From positions 353-64,352 of the forward strand of contig NZ_JAYSAH010000019.1 of NCBI RefSeq assembly GCF_041916015.1: 64,000 nt of DNA, read 5' to 3'. Numbering within the stretch: position 1 is the stretch's first letter; the number at the start of each line of letters is the position of its first letter. The DNA comes from Sphingopyxis sp. GTDB taxonomy: Bacteria; Pseudomonadota; Alphaproteobacteria; Sphingomonadales; Sphingomonadaceae. The position numbers and the translations under genes were made by a program. Of the stretch, positions 26,070-36,053 are shown piece after piece. The notes beneath the pieces were generated by a model that did no database searches, was not told where the DNA came from, and worked only from the letters and a program-made list of their open reading frames with translations.

Positions 26070-27200
26070 TCAGCCCAGCAACACGACGGGGCTGTCCGCG
26101 CGCCAGTGCATGCTGACCTTGTCGTCCCAGGTGAAATCCTCCTGGTCGTGGCGCGACAGGTTCGGACGGGAGACGCGCAGACGGGCGCCCGATTCGAGCT
26201 CGATCTCGAACAGGGTGATGTCGCCGAGATAGCTCATGCCCTTGATGACCCCGCGTGCGAAATTATGGCCGTCGGGGGCGTCCTGTGCCGCTGCGCGCAC
26301 GGCTTTTCCTTCGCCTGGAACGTGGAGATAGATTTTCTCGGGCCGCAGTGCGATCCAGACATCTGCGCCGTGCGGGCCGGTGACGCCATGATTGAGATAG
26401 ACCTTGCCGAGTCCCGGGCAGTCGACCGCGGCCTTGTCGGGTTCGTCGAGGATCAGCTTGCCCTCGAAGATATTTACCGACCCGACGAAATCGGCAACGA
26501 AGCGATTGGCCGGATATTCGTAAAGGTCGGATGGAGTGGCGAGCTGCGCGACCTCGCCCTTGTTGATCACGCCGATACGGCACGCCATCGACAGCGCTTC
26601 GTCCTGATCGTGGGTAACGGTGACGAAGGTGATGCCGACCTTTTCCTGCAATTCCGAAAGCTCGAACTGCATCTGCGCGCGCAGCTTGGCATCCAGTGCC
26701 GACAGCGGTTCGTCGAGCAGCAGCACCTTCGGCCGCATGACGAGGCTGCGCGCGAGCGCGACGCGCTGGCGCTGGCCGCCCGACATCTGGTCGGGCATGC
26801 GGCTCTCGAACCCGCCGAGCTTGACGAGATCGAGCGCCTCGGCAACGCGGTCGCGAGTCTCACCGCCCTTCACGCCGGCGATCTTCAGGCCGTAGGCGAC
26901 ATTGTCGGCAACGCTCATGTGCGGGAAGACGGCATAGCTCTGGAACACCATGTTCACCGGCCGCCTGTTCGGCGGGATGCCCGCCATATCCTGCCCGTCG
27001 ATCAGGATGCTGCCCTCCGTCGGCAGTTCGAAGCCCGCGATCATGCGGAGCAAGGTCGTCTTGCCGCAGCCCGACGGACCGAGCAGCACGAAGAATTCCC
27101 CCGCGAGAATGTCGAGGCTGACATTATCGACCGCCGCGACCTTGCCGAAGCGTTTGGTGACATTCCGAATCTGGATGATCGGTTGTTTGGCGTCGGTCAT
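26070..27200 (-). CDS. Polyamine ABC transporter ATP-binding protein (PotA/PotG family)
   Basis: GPSGCGKT, MSGGQRQRVALAR, LLLDEP, VTHDQDEA, TOBE domain. Confidence 0.93.
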   Translation of the reverse strand: MTDAKQPIIQIRNVTKRFGKVAAVDNVSLDILAGEFFVLLGPSGCGKTTLLRMIAGFELPTEGSILIDGQDMAGIPPNRRPVNMVFQSYAVFPHMSVADNVAYGLKIAGVKGGETRDRVAEALDLVKLGGFESRMPDQMSGGQRQRVALARSLVMRPKVLLLDEPLSALDAKLRAQMQFELSELQEKVGITFVTVTHDQDEALSMACRIGVINKGEVAQLATPSDLYEYPANRFVADFVGSVNIFEGKLILDEPDKAAVDCPGLGKVYLNHGVTGPHGADVWIALRPEKIYLHVPGEGKAVRAAAQDAPDGHNFARGVIKGMSYLGDITLFEIELESGARLRVSRPNLSRHDQEDFTWDDKVSMHWRADSPVVLLG

Positions 27201-27202
27201 GA

Positions 27203-28048
27203 TCAGTGGGTTTCCGCGATGGCCTTCACGCCCTGAAGCTTCAGCGCGATGGCGGTCAGGACGATGGTCAGGATGATGAGGATGGTCGAGGCCGCATTGA
27301 CCTCCGGCGTCACCGAGAAGCGGAGCATCGAATAGACCTTCACCGGGAAGGTCACGGTGTCGGGGCCGCTGGTGAAATAGGTGATGACGAAATCGTCGAG
27401 GCTGAGCGTGAAGGAGAGCAGCGCGCCCGCGACGAGCGCCGGGCGCATGTGCGGGATCAGCACGTCGCGGAACATCTGCCACTCGCCCGCGCCGAGGTCC
27501 TTTGCGGCCTCCTCCTGCTCGCGGTTGAAGCTTGCGAGGCGCGATCGCACGACCATGGTGACGAAGGGGAAGCAGAAGGTGATGTGCGCGATGGTGATCG
27601 CGCCCAGATTAAGCGGCCAGACGAGATCGGTCGGCCAGTGGAGCCCTTTGGCGAAGAAGATCAGGAAAGCGACGCCCATGCAGATTTCGGGAACGATGAT
27701 CGGTAGCGAGATCGTTCCATCGACCGCGCCCTTGAACGGGAAACGGAAGCGCCAGAGCATCACCGCGGCAATGGCGCCGAGAATCAGACTGAAGATCGTC
27801 GCGAGCGCGGCGATGGTCAGCGAATTGATCAGCGCTTCGATCAGCGAGTCGTTGTTCAGTGCCTTGTCGTAATATTTGAGCGTGAAGCCGCGCCAGACGA
27901 CGTTGCGCTTGCTGTCGTTGAAGCTGAAGATCATCAGCACGATGAGCGGCGCATAAAGGAAGACCATGACCGTGCCGACCCAGAGCCGCATCCACAGGGT
28001 GCGGCTATATTCGAGCGGCGCTACGGGCGAGCGGGAGAAAAGTGCCAT
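27203..28048 (-). CDS. Polyamine ABC transporter permease (PotC/PotI family)
   Basis: FLYAPLIVLMIFSFN, EEAAKDLGA, LSLDDFVITYF, PEVNAAST. Confidence 0.92.
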   Translation of the reverse strand: MALFSRSPVAPLEYSRTLWMRLWVGTVMVFLYAPLIVLMIFSFNDSKRNVVWRGFTLKYYDKALNNDSLIEALINSLTIAALATIFSLILGAIAAVMLWRFRFPFKGAVDGTISLPIIVPEICMGVAFLIFFAKGLHWPTDLVWPLNLGAITIAHITFCFPFVTMVVRSRLASFNREQEEAAKDLGAGEWQMFRDVLIPHMRPALVAGALLSFTLSLDDFVITYFTSGPDTVTFPVKVYSMLRFSVTPEVNAASTILIILTIVLTAIALKLQGVKAIAETH

Positions 28049-28953
28049 CAGCCGGCCTCCGGCACTTTCCGGCGCAGCGATTGCAGCGCGATCAGGATGA
28101 ACATCGCATAGATGAGGATGAAGGACAGCGCCGATCCGAAAGGCCAGTCGTTCGCCTTCTTGAACTGCCGTTCGATGACGTTCGCGATCATCTGGCTGTC
28201 GGTCCCACCCATCAGGTCGGGGGTGAGATAGGCGCCGAGCGCCGGGATCAATGTGATCATCACCCCCGCGACGATCCCCGGCGCGGCGAGCGGCACGACG
28301 ATCCGCATGATCGTGCGGAAATGGCCGGCGCCGAGATCGAGGCTCGCCTCGATCAGGCTGCGGTCGAGCCGGTCGAGCGCCGCGTAGAGGGGGAGAACCA
28401 TGAAGGGCAGGTGGACATAGACGAGCCCGAAGACGACCGCGAAATTGTTGAAGAGGAGTTGCACCGGCTCCCATGTCGGCAGTGGCTGGAGCCCGGCCAG
28501 CGTCTTCACCCAACTCGCGCCGCCCCACAGCATCCCGAGTCCCTTGTTGGCATAGCCCTGCTGCCCGAGCAGGATCATCAGCGCATAGGTGCGGACGAGG
28601 AGGTTGGTCCAGAAAGGCAGCATGATGCCGAGGAGCAGCCAGGGCCGCCATTTGTCGCTGGCGAAGGTGATCGCCATCGCGACGGGAAAGCCGACGATCA
28701 GGCAGATCAGGGTGACGAGCGCGGCGACCGCGAAGCTCTTGCCGAAGATACTGAGGTAGAGCCACTCGGTCGCGCGCTTGTAATTGTCGAGCGTGCCCGA
28801 AATGCGGATGTCGTTGAGTCCGGCATTGTGGCCGAAACTATAGGCCCAGACGATCGCCATCGGGACGACGAAAAACGCGATCGTCCAGAGCAGGGTCGGC
28901 AGCGACACCGCCGCGAACACCCTTTTGTTGGCTTTCCAGTCCTGCTCGGCCAT
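28048..28953 (-). CDS. Polyamine ABC transporter permease (PotB/PotH family)
   Basis: LPFWTNLLVRTYA, LPFMVLPLYAAL, EASLDLGA, NDWPFGSA. Confidence 0.92.
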   Translation of the reverse strand: MAEQDWKANKRVFAAVSLPTLLWTIAFFVVPMAIVWAYSFGHNAGLNDIRISGTLDNYKRATEWLYLSIFGKSFAVAALVTLICLIVGFPVAMAITFASDKWRPWLLLGIMLPFWTNLLVRTYALMILLGQQGYANKGLGMLWGGASWVKTLAGLQPLPTWEPVQLLFNNFAVVFGLVYVHLPFMVLPLYAALDRLDRSLIEASLDLGAGHFRTIMRIVVPLAAPGIVAGVMITLIPALGAYLTPDLMGGTDSQMIANVIERQFKKANDWPFGSALSFILIYAMFILIALQSLRRKVPEAG

Positions 28954-28998
28954 CCCCCCGATGCCTCCAGACTATAATGTGTTTGCGATATTACACTC

Positions 28999-29081
28999 CG
29001 TCATTGCGAGCGAAGCGAAGCAATCCAGGGTGATTTGCACCCGCTCTGGATTGCCGCGGGCCTTCGGCCCCCGCAATGACG
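28999..29081. repeat. Palindromic repeat family A, copy 1 (CGTCATTGCG...GCAATCC...GGATTGC...CGCAATGACG)
   Basis: Nested inverted repeats shared with the copies at 34488 and 62455; extra terminal CGCAATGACGA at 29085-29095. Confidence 0.8.
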
Positions 29082-29117
29082 AGGCGCAATGACGAAGCTG
29101 TTGAACGCGCCCACGGC

Positions 29118-30224
29118 TTACGCCGCCCGCACCTTGGTGAAGGCTTCCTCGTAAAGCGGTTGCAGCTTTTCGTTGAACTTCGCATATTCGCAGCGCGCGA
29201 GGACGTCGGCGGGCGGATAAATGACGGGATTGTTCTTGTAGCTGTCGGGCATCAGCGCCTTCGCCGCGGCATTGGGGGTCGGGAAGAGGATCGTCTCGGT
29301 GATCTTCTTGTCGACCTCGGCATCGAGCATATAGTTGATGAAGGCGTGTGCGTTCTTCGGGTGCGGAGCCCCCTTCGGGATGCACAAGGTGTCCGAATTG
29401 AACTGGCTGCCTTCCTTGGGCACGACGAAATCGAGGTCGTCGTCCTCGGTCATCACCTGCGCGATGTCGCCATTATATTCGAGGACGACGTCGCAGTCGC
29501 CCTTCATCAGCAGATCCTGCCCGTCGTCCTCGTGGAATTTCTTCACATAGGGCTTTTGCTTGATCATCATCGCCGAGATCGTCTCGATATCGGCGGGGGT
29601 CAGCGCGTTGACCGACTTGCCGAGATATTTGCCGTAGAGACGGTACATGTCGCCGGCCTCGGACAGCCAGGCGATGCGGTCCTTATATTCGTCGCTGTCG
29701 AACAGCACCTTCCAGCTGTCGGGCTTCGTCTTCACCTTCGACTTGCGATAGCCGATGCCGAGCACCAGCCAGGTATAGGGCATCGAGAATTTGCGGCCCG
29801 GGTCGTAATCGACGTTGATGAAGCTCGGGTCGATATTCTTGATGTTCGGAATCTGTGCATGGTCGAGCGGCTGGAGCATGTCGGCGCGGATCATGCGCTC
29901 GACGAAATCGTTCGACGGGACGATCACGTCATAGCCGGGATTGCCCGCCTTGAACTTCGCGAACAGCGTGTCGTTGCTGTCGAACAGGTCCATCGTGACC
30001 TCGACGCCGGTCGCGCTCTTGAAATCGTCGAGCGTCGTCTCGCCGATATAGGTGTCCCAGTTGTAGAAGTTGAGCTTGGCTTCCTCGCCGTTCGCGAGCT
30101 TCTTGCCTTCGCCCTTGCCGCACGCCGCGAGGCCGCCGAAGCTGATCCCGACCGCGGCGACGCCCATGGCCTGAAGCAACGAACGACGGCCCCGGCTTTG
30201 CCCGAGAAACTCTTTCAGATCCAT
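29118..30224 (-). CDS. Polyamine ABC transporter substrate-binding protein (PotD/PotF family), Tat-type leader
   Basis: RRSLL leader, NFYNWDTYI, YDVIVPSND, PKEGS, AHAFINYML. Confidence 0.92.
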   Translation of the reverse strand: MDLKEFLGQSRGRRSLLQAMGVAAVGISFGGLAACGKGEGKKLANGEEAKLNFYNWDTYIGETTLDDFKSATGVEVTMDLFDSNDTLFAKFKAGNPGYDVIVPSNDFVERMIRADMLQPLDHAQIPNIKNIDPSFINVDYDPGRKFSMPYTWLVLGIGYRKSKVKTKPDSWKVLFDSDEYKDRIAWLSEAGDMYRLYGKYLGKSVNALTPADIETISAMMIKQKPYVKKFHEDDGQDLLMKGDCDVVLEYNGDIAQVMTEDDDLDFVVPKEGSQFNSDTLCIPKGAPHPKNAHAFINYMLDAEVDKKITETILFPTPNAAAKALMPDSYKNNPVIYPPADVLARCEYAKFNEKLQPLYEEAFTKVRAA

Positions 30225-30328
30225 GGCCGGCCTCCCTGTTTGTTTCGCGAAGCTGACTCAATAATCGCGGCTTGGAAAGAGGCTTTTTTGCGCTGCAGCA
30301 GAAATCTTTGGAAGATAGTTGCTTCGTT

Positions 30329-31720
30329 TCAGGCGTTCCGCAGATACCAGTCGTAATCGAGGGTCGGGACGACGCTGAAATAATTGTCCTGCTCGACGCG
30401 CTTGACGATGCTGAACATGTCGACGAAGCGGGTGCCGAGGTAGTCGCGCATCAACTGCGAATTGTGGAAGCGATCGACCGCGGCGAACCAGTTCGACGGC
30501 GGCTTGTCGTCGCCCGAAGCGTCGCGATCATAGCCATTGCCGACCACCGCGGCGCCCGGATCGGTCTTGGATGCCATGCCGTGATGCATCCCCGCCAAGA
30601 CGGCGGCGACCGCGAGATAGGGGTTCGCATCGGCGCCGCAGGCGCGATGCTCGACATGGCGGCTCGCGGGCGGCCCGGCCGGGATGCGAAAGGAAACGGT
30701 GCGGTTGTTGACGCCCCACGTTGGCGCGACCGGGGCGTAGCTGTTCGCCTTGAAGCGGCGATAGCTGTTCGCATGCGGCGCAAAGAGCGCGAAGCCGTCG
30801 CCGACGCTGGCGATCATGCCGCCGATCGCGTGGCGCAGCGCGGGCGTCCCTTCGGGATCGTCGCTCGCGAAGATGTTGGCGCCTGCCGTGTCGTCGACCG
30901 ACACATGGATATGCATCCCGCTGCCCGCCTGATCGGCGAAGGGTTTCGCCATGAAGGTCGCCTCCAGCCCGTGCGCCTGCGCGATCGCCTTTACGAGGCG
31001 CTTGTACATGATCGCATCGTCGCAGGCGCGCAGGGCGTCCGGCTTGTGGCGCAGCGTCAGCTCGAACTGGCCCGGCGCGAATTCGGAGATCGCGCTTTCG
31101 AGCGGCAGGCCCTGCGCATCGGCCGCGGCATAAAGCGCGTCGAAGAAGGGCCGGAAATCGTCGAGCTCGCGCAGGCCATAGACCTCGACATTGCGCGGCG
31201 TGTCGCGGCTGTAGGCGGGCCGGGCGGGGCGGATGCGCCCATCGCGCGCGCGGCGCGGATCGACGAGATAGAATTCGAGTTCGACCGCGAGCACCGGGGT
31301 CAGGCCGTCGGCCGCGAAGCGATCGAGAACGCGCCCGAGGACATGGCGCGGGTCGAGGTCGTGCGGGGTGCCGTCGAGCTCGTAGAAGCTGGTCAGGAAC
31401 TGCGCGGTCTGCTCGCCGCCCCACGGGGTACGGACGAGGGTGCCGGGAACGGGCTTCATCGAGCGGTCGGCGTCGCCATCCTCCCACACGAGGCCGGTCT
31501 CGACCGTATCCTGCCCCGTGATATCGACGACAGTGATCGAGCCGGGGAACATGCGGCCGCTGTCATAGACCGCGAGCACCTCGTGCCGGCGCAGCCGCTT
31601 GCCCCGCGGAACGCCGCCCATGTCGGTGTAGATCATCTCGATCGAATCGACGTCGGGATTGGCCTTGAAAAAGGCCTCCGCCTCCGACCGCGGGGCGATC
31701 ACGCCCGATGATTTCGACAT
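30329..31720 (-). CDS. Glutamine synthetase family protein (gamma-glutamylputrescine synthetase, PuuA-like)
   Basis: RGKRL, AVELEFYL, SEFAPGQFE, FMAKP, GSGMHIH, EHRACGADANPY. Confidence 0.88.
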   Translation of the reverse strand: MSKSSGVIAPRSEAEAFFKANPDVDSIEMIYTDMGGVPRGKRLRRHEVLAVYDSGRMFPGSITVVDITGQDTVETGLVWEDGDADRSMKPVPGTLVRTPWGGEQTAQFLTSFYELDGTPHDLDPRHVLGRVLDRFAADGLTPVLAVELEFYLVDPRRARDGRIRPARPAYSRDTPRNVEVYGLRELDDFRPFFDALYAAADAQGLPLESAISEFAPGQFELTLRHKPDALRACDDAIMYKRLVKAIAQAHGLEATFMAKPFADQAGSGMHIHVSVDDTAGANIFASDDPEGTPALRHAIGGMIASVGDGFALFAPHANSYRRFKANSYAPVAPTWGVNNRTVSFRIPAGPPASRHVEHRACGADANPYLAVAAVLAGMHHGMASKTDPGAAVVGNGYDRDASGDDKPPSNWFAAVDRFHNSQLMRDYLGTRFVDMFSIVKRVEQDNYFSVVPTLDYDWYLRNA

Positions 31721-31733
31721 TATGTTTCGCTCC

Positions 31734-33002
31734 TTACCCCAATCGGTCGCGCAGCGCATACCAGAGCAATCCGAGCGTGGCGAGCGGTCGGCGCAGCCAT
31801 TTCCCGCCGGGGAAGGGCTGCGACGGCAGGCTGGCGAGAATGTCGAACCGCTCGGCGGTTCCCGCCATCGCCTCGGCGATCAACTCGCCTGCGAGCGTCG
31901 TCACCAGCGCGCCATGCCCCGAAAAGCCGTGCGCGAAAAAGACGTTCCCGCGCCGCCCGATATGCGGCAGCCGGTTCCGTGTCACCGCGACCGCGCCGCC
32001 CCAGCCATAGTCGATCTTCGCATTAGCGATCTGCGGAAAGACCTCCGCCATGAACGGCCGCACGAAGGCCGCGATGTCGCGCGGCGGCGTTTGCGAATAG
32101 CGCTCGCCGCCGCCGAAGATCAGGCGCTTGTCGGCCGAGAGGCGGAAATAGTTGAGCACGAACCGGCTGTCGGCGACCGCGGCGTTGCTGGGCAGCAGTT
32201 CATCGGCGTTCGCGAGCGGTTCGGTCGCGATATTATAGTTCATGATCGGCACCGTGTAGCGGCCGAGATCGGGTTCAAGATCGCCGATCCAGCTATCGGT
32301 CGCATCGATCACATAGCGGGCGCCGATGATTGTTCGTTCGGTGATGAGTTCGATAGGGTCGCAACAGGATCGATCGATTACATGTACCCGATCATTTTCC
32401 CGAATGCGGACGCCCGCTGCCTCCGCGGCTTTTGCCAGGCCGACGGCATAGTTCAGCGGATGAAAATGCCCGCCTTGCGGATCGTAAATGCCGCCGTGGT
32501 ATAATGGGCTCGCGATATGCGCGGGCATGTCAGCCTTTTCGACAGTTTGGCTGTCATAACCGAACCGTCTCGCCAGACAGTCCGCTTCTTGCTGCATCGC
32601 GTCAAAATCCTTGGGCGTCCATGCCGCCTCCAGATGTCCGGCCTTCAGGTCGCAGGCGATGCCGTATTTTGCGATTCTCGCCTTCACCCGGTTGTCGCGC
32701 CAGCAGAGGTCGAACAGCGCATCGGCGCGCTCGCTGCCGAATTCCGCTTCCAGTTCCGAAGCCGACCAGCGCAGGCCGGGTATCAATTGCCCGCCGTTGC
32801 GTCCCGATGCTCCGAAACCGATTCGTTCGGCTTCGACGAGAATGACCGAAAAACCCCGCTCTGCACAGGCGAGCGCCGCGCTGAGTCCCGTAAAGCCGCC
32901 GCCGATGACCGCAACATCGCAACGGTCGTCGCCCTGGTCGGGGCGCGGGTGCCATGCGTGCGCGGTCGCCGCATAATAGCTATGGCTCAGCGGATCGGTC
33001 AT
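31734..33002 (-). CDS. FAD-dependent oxidoreductase (gamma-glutamylputrescine oxidase, PuuB-like)
   Basis: IGGGFTGLSAA, GASGRNGG, HPLNYA, NYFRLS, GFSGHG. Confidence 0.88.
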   Translation of the reverse strand: MTDPLSHSYYAATAHAWHPRPDQGDDRCDVAVIGGGFTGLSAALACAERGFSVILVEAERIGFGASGRNGGQLIPGLRWSASELEAEFGSERADALFDLCWRDNRVKARIAKYGIACDLKAGHLEAAWTPKDFDAMQQEADCLARRFGYDSQTVEKADMPAHIASPLYHGGIYDPQGGHFHPLNYAVGLAKAAEAAGVRIRENDRVHVIDRSCCDPIELITERTIIGARYVIDATDSWIGDLEPDLGRYTVPIMNYNIATEPLANADELLPSNAAVADSRFVLNYFRLSADKRLIFGGGERYSQTPPRDIAAFVRPFMAEVFPQIANAKIDYGWGGAVAVTRNRLPHIGRRGNVFFAHGFSGHGALVTTLAGELIAEAMAGTAERFDILASLPSQPFPGGKWLRRPLATLGLLWYALRDRLG

Positions 33003-33015
33003 GGCCGTAGGCGGA

Positions 33016-34362
33016 TCAAACCCGCATCAGCAGATGTTCGCGTTCCCAGCTCGACACCACCGATTGATAGTTGAACAGCTCATAGTCCTTTACCGCGAAG
33101 AAGATTTCAAAGAAATCGTCGCCGAGCAGATTGCGGACCTTCTTGCACGAGGCGAAGCGGTCGAGCGCTGCCTCCAGCGTGCGCGGCAGGGTCCGCGCGC
33201 GGTTGTATGCGCTGCCGGTGATCGGTTTCGGCGGCACCATGCGGTCGACCATCCCGATATAGCCGCAGACGAGCGACGCCGCGATCGCCAGATAGGGATT
33301 GCTGTCGGCACCCGGCAGGCGGTTCTCGACGCGGCGGTTGTGGCGGTCCGACACCGGCACGCGGAACCCGCACGAGCGATTGTCGACGCCCCATTGCACG
33401 TTGATCGGCGCCGCGCTGTCGGGGCGCATCCGGCGGAAGCTGTTCACATTGGGCGCCCACATCGGCGAGATTTGCGGCATGAAGCGGATGAGGCCGGCGA
33501 CATAGGAACGGAAGGCCGCGCTGTCGCGCCCGTTCGCGGTCGCGAAAAGATTGCGCCCGGTCTCGGCATCGACAATCGACTGATGGATGTGCATCGCGCT
33601 GCCCGGCTGGCCCGCCATCGGGTTCGCCATGAAAGTCGCATAGACATCGTGCTGCTTCGCGACGTTGCGAACGACGCGCTTGAATAGAAAGACCTCGTCG
33701 GCGAGGCGCAGCGGGTCGCCGTGGATGAAATTCACCTCGAGCTGCGCCGCGCCCATTTCGTGGATCATCGTGTCGATATCGAGCCCCATCAGCTCGCAAT
33801 CGTCATAGATATGATCGATGATGTCCTCATATTCGTTCATCGCCTCCAGCCCGTATGGCTGACTCGCGGTCTCGCTGCGTCCCGACTGGCCGACGGGGGG
33901 CGTCAGGGGGAAATCGGGGTCGGCGTTCTGCGAGACGAGATAGAATTCGACCTCGGGCGCGATGATCGGCTTCCAGCCCTTGTCGGCATAGAGGGCGAGC
34001 ACCCTCTTCAGGATCGTGCGTGGTGCGATGTCCACCTCGGTCCCGTCGCCGTTATACGCATCGGCGATCACGAAGGCGGTCGGCGAGGTGAAGCCCGGCG
34101 CGACGCAAATCGTGTCGGGGTCGGCGAGCAATATCTTGTCGGGGTCCTTGTCCCAGATGTCGTCGATATCCTCCGGATAATGACCGTCGATGGTGCAGAT
34201 GAAGACGCTGCCCGGAATGCGCAGCGACTTGTCCTTGACCGAGGAGAGGAACTTCCTGGCGGGCAGAACCTTGCCGCGCTGGACCCCGTTGATGTCGGGG
34301 ACGATACATTCGACTTCGTCGATCTTGTGGTCGCTGATCCATTGTTCCAGATTGACTGACAT
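33016..34362 (-). CDS. Glutamine synthetase family protein (second PuuA/PauA-like paralogue)
   Basis: VPDINGVQRGK, APEVEFYL, HEMGAAQLE, GSAMHIHQS, ENRLPGADSNPY. Confidence 0.9.
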   Translation of the reverse strand: MSVNLEQWISDHKIDEVECIVPDINGVQRGKVLPARKFLSSVKDKSLRIPGSVFICTIDGHYPEDIDDIWDKDPDKILLADPDTICVAPGFTSPTAFVIADAYNGDGTEVDIAPRTILKRVLALYADKGWKPIIAPEVEFYLVSQNADPDFPLTPPVGQSGRSETASQPYGLEAMNEYEDIIDHIYDDCELMGLDIDTMIHEMGAAQLEVNFIHGDPLRLADEVFLFKRVVRNVAKQHDVYATFMANPMAGQPGSAMHIHQSIVDAETGRNLFATANGRDSAAFRSYVAGLIRFMPQISPMWAPNVNSFRRMRPDSAAPINVQWGVDNRSCGFRVPVSDRHNRRVENRLPGADSNPYLAIAASLVCGYIGMVDRMVPPKPITGSAYNRARTLPRTLEAALDRFASCKKVRNLLGDDFFEIFFAVKDYELFNYQSVVSSWEREHLLMRV

Positions 34363-34487
34363 GCGCCCCCGATTGGGCCGAGAAGCCGACCCGGTTGTGG
34401 ATGCGCGCAGCCTATCGCGAAGTCGGACGGAGCGCCAGAGGGCGGGTTTTGGGCATTGCCAGAGCAGCCGCCTGGCGTCAGATTAAG

Positions 34488-34589
34488 CATCGTCATTGCG
34501 ACCCCGGCGAGAGCCAGGGGAAGCAATCCCGAGCGGTTCGCGCACGCCCTGGATTGCCGCGCCGCCTTCGGCTCCTCGCAATGACGATG
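34488..34589. repeat. Palindromic repeat family A, copy 2
   Basis: CATCGTCATTGCG/CGCAATGACGATG 13-bp terminal inverted repeat with internal hairpins. Confidence 0.8.
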
Positions 34590-34610
34590 TTTGGGAAGAG
34601 GAGCATCGCG

Positions 34611-35924
34611 GTGAAGGGTGACAATGACGTTCTGGCTTCCTTCTGGATGCCCTTTACCGCCAACCGCGCGTACAAGGCGAACCCGCGCCAACTCGTGTCG
34701 GCGAGCGGGATGCACTATCAGTCGGCCGACGGGCGCACGATCCTTGACGGCACCGCGGGCCTCTGGTGCTGCAATGCCGGGCATTGCCGGCCCGAGATCG
34801 CCGAGGCGATCGCAAAGGCCGCGACGACGCTCGATTTCGCGCCGACCTTTCAACTCGGTCACCCGCTGCCATTCGAGCTCGCGCAGCGGGTCGCGGCGCT
34901 GATGCCTGCGGGGCTCGACCGCATTTTCTTCACCAACAGCGGGTCGGAGTCGGTCGATACCGCGCTCAAGATCGCGCTCGCCGTCCAGCGCGCGAAGGGG
35001 CAGGGGACGCGCACCCGGCTGATCGGGCGCGAGCGCGGTTATCATGGCGTCGGCTTCGGCGGGATCAGCGTCGGCGGGATCGTCGGCAATCGCCGCACGT
35101 GGCAGGGGCTGCCGGGCACCGATCATCTTCGGCACACGCACGACCTCGCGCGCAACGCTTTCACGCGCGGTTTTCCGCAGTATGGCGCCGAACTCGCCGA
35201 CGATCTTCAGCGCCTCGTCGATCTGCACGGAGCCGAGACGATTGCGGCGGTGATCGTCGAGCCGATGGCGGGCTCGACGGGCGTCCTCATTCCGCCGGTC
35301 GGCTATCTCCAGCGGCTACGCGAGATTTGCGACCGGCACGGCATCCTCCTGATCTTCGACGAGGTGATCACCGCCTTCGGGCGCGTCGGCGCTGCGACTG
35401 CGGCGGAGGCGTGGGGCGTCACCCCCGACATCATCACCATGGCGAAGGGGCTCACCAACGCCGCGGTGCCGATGGGCGCGGTCGCGGTGAAGCGCGAACT
35501 GCACGACGCGGTGATCGAGAGCGTTGCCGGCGGGATCGAGCTGGCGCACGGCTATACTTATTCCGGCCATCCGCTCGCGAGCGCGGCGGGGCTCGCGACG
35601 CTCGACCTCTATGCGCGCGAGGGGCTGTTCGAGCGCGCGAACGAACTGGCCGCTTATTGGGAGGATGCGGCCTTCAGCCTGAAAGGCCGGAGGCACATCA
35701 TCGACATCCGCACGACCGGACTCGTCGCGGGCATCGAGCTCGAACCGCGCCCCGGCGCGCCGACGGCGCGCGCAATGGAATTGTTCCACGCCTGTTTCGA
35801 CAACGGTCTGCTCGTCCGCGCGACCGGCGACATCATCGCGCTGTCGCCGCCGCTGATCGTCGAAAAGGGCGAGATCGACGAGATGTTCGGAAAGATCGGC
35901 GACCTGCTGAACACGATCGGCTGA
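34611..35924 (+). CDS. Class III PLP aminotransferase (omega-amino acid-pyruvate type)
   Basis: FWMPFTANR, LDGTAGLWC, NSGSESVDTA, EPMAGSTG, DEVITAFGR, MAKGLT; GAGGAG RBS before GTG 34611. Confidence 0.9.
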   Translation: MKGDNDVLASFWMPFTANRAYKANPRQLVSASGMHYQSADGRTILDGTAGLWCCNAGHCRPEIAEAIAKAATTLDFAPTFQLGHPLPFELAQRVAALMPAGLDRIFFTNSGSESVDTALKIALAVQRAKGQGTRTRLIGRERGYHGVGFGGISVGGIVGNRRTWQGLPGTDHLRHTHDLARNAFTRGFPQYGAELADDLQRLVDLHGAETIAAVIVEPMAGSTGVLIPPVGYLQRLREICDRHGILLIFDEVITAFGRVGAATAAEAWGVTPDIITMAKGLTNAAVPMGAVAVKRELHDAVIESVAGGIELAHGYTYSGHPLASAAGLATLDLYAREGLFERANELAAYWEDAAFSLKGRRHIIDIRTTGLVAGIELEPRPGAPTARAMELFHACFDNGLLVRATGDIIALSPPLIVEKGEIDEMFGKIGDLLNTIG

Positions 35925-36053
35925 TACCGCCGCAGATTTGCCACGGCCTGCGGAATGAAAGGATCGGCTGTGCCGGAACGGGACAAGCCTGATATGGTCA
36001 ATGCGGGCGAAATGCAGTAGGGGGCCGAAACGCCGGAACAGGCGAATCCCCCA

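Noticed and set aside
34395-34610. ORF extensions reading in frame through palindromic repeats (also 23403-23501 and 62431-62571), suggesting RPE-like protein insertions
   Set aside because: Each gene has a good RBS and a family-typical start downstream of the repeat, so the extensions are probably untranslated.
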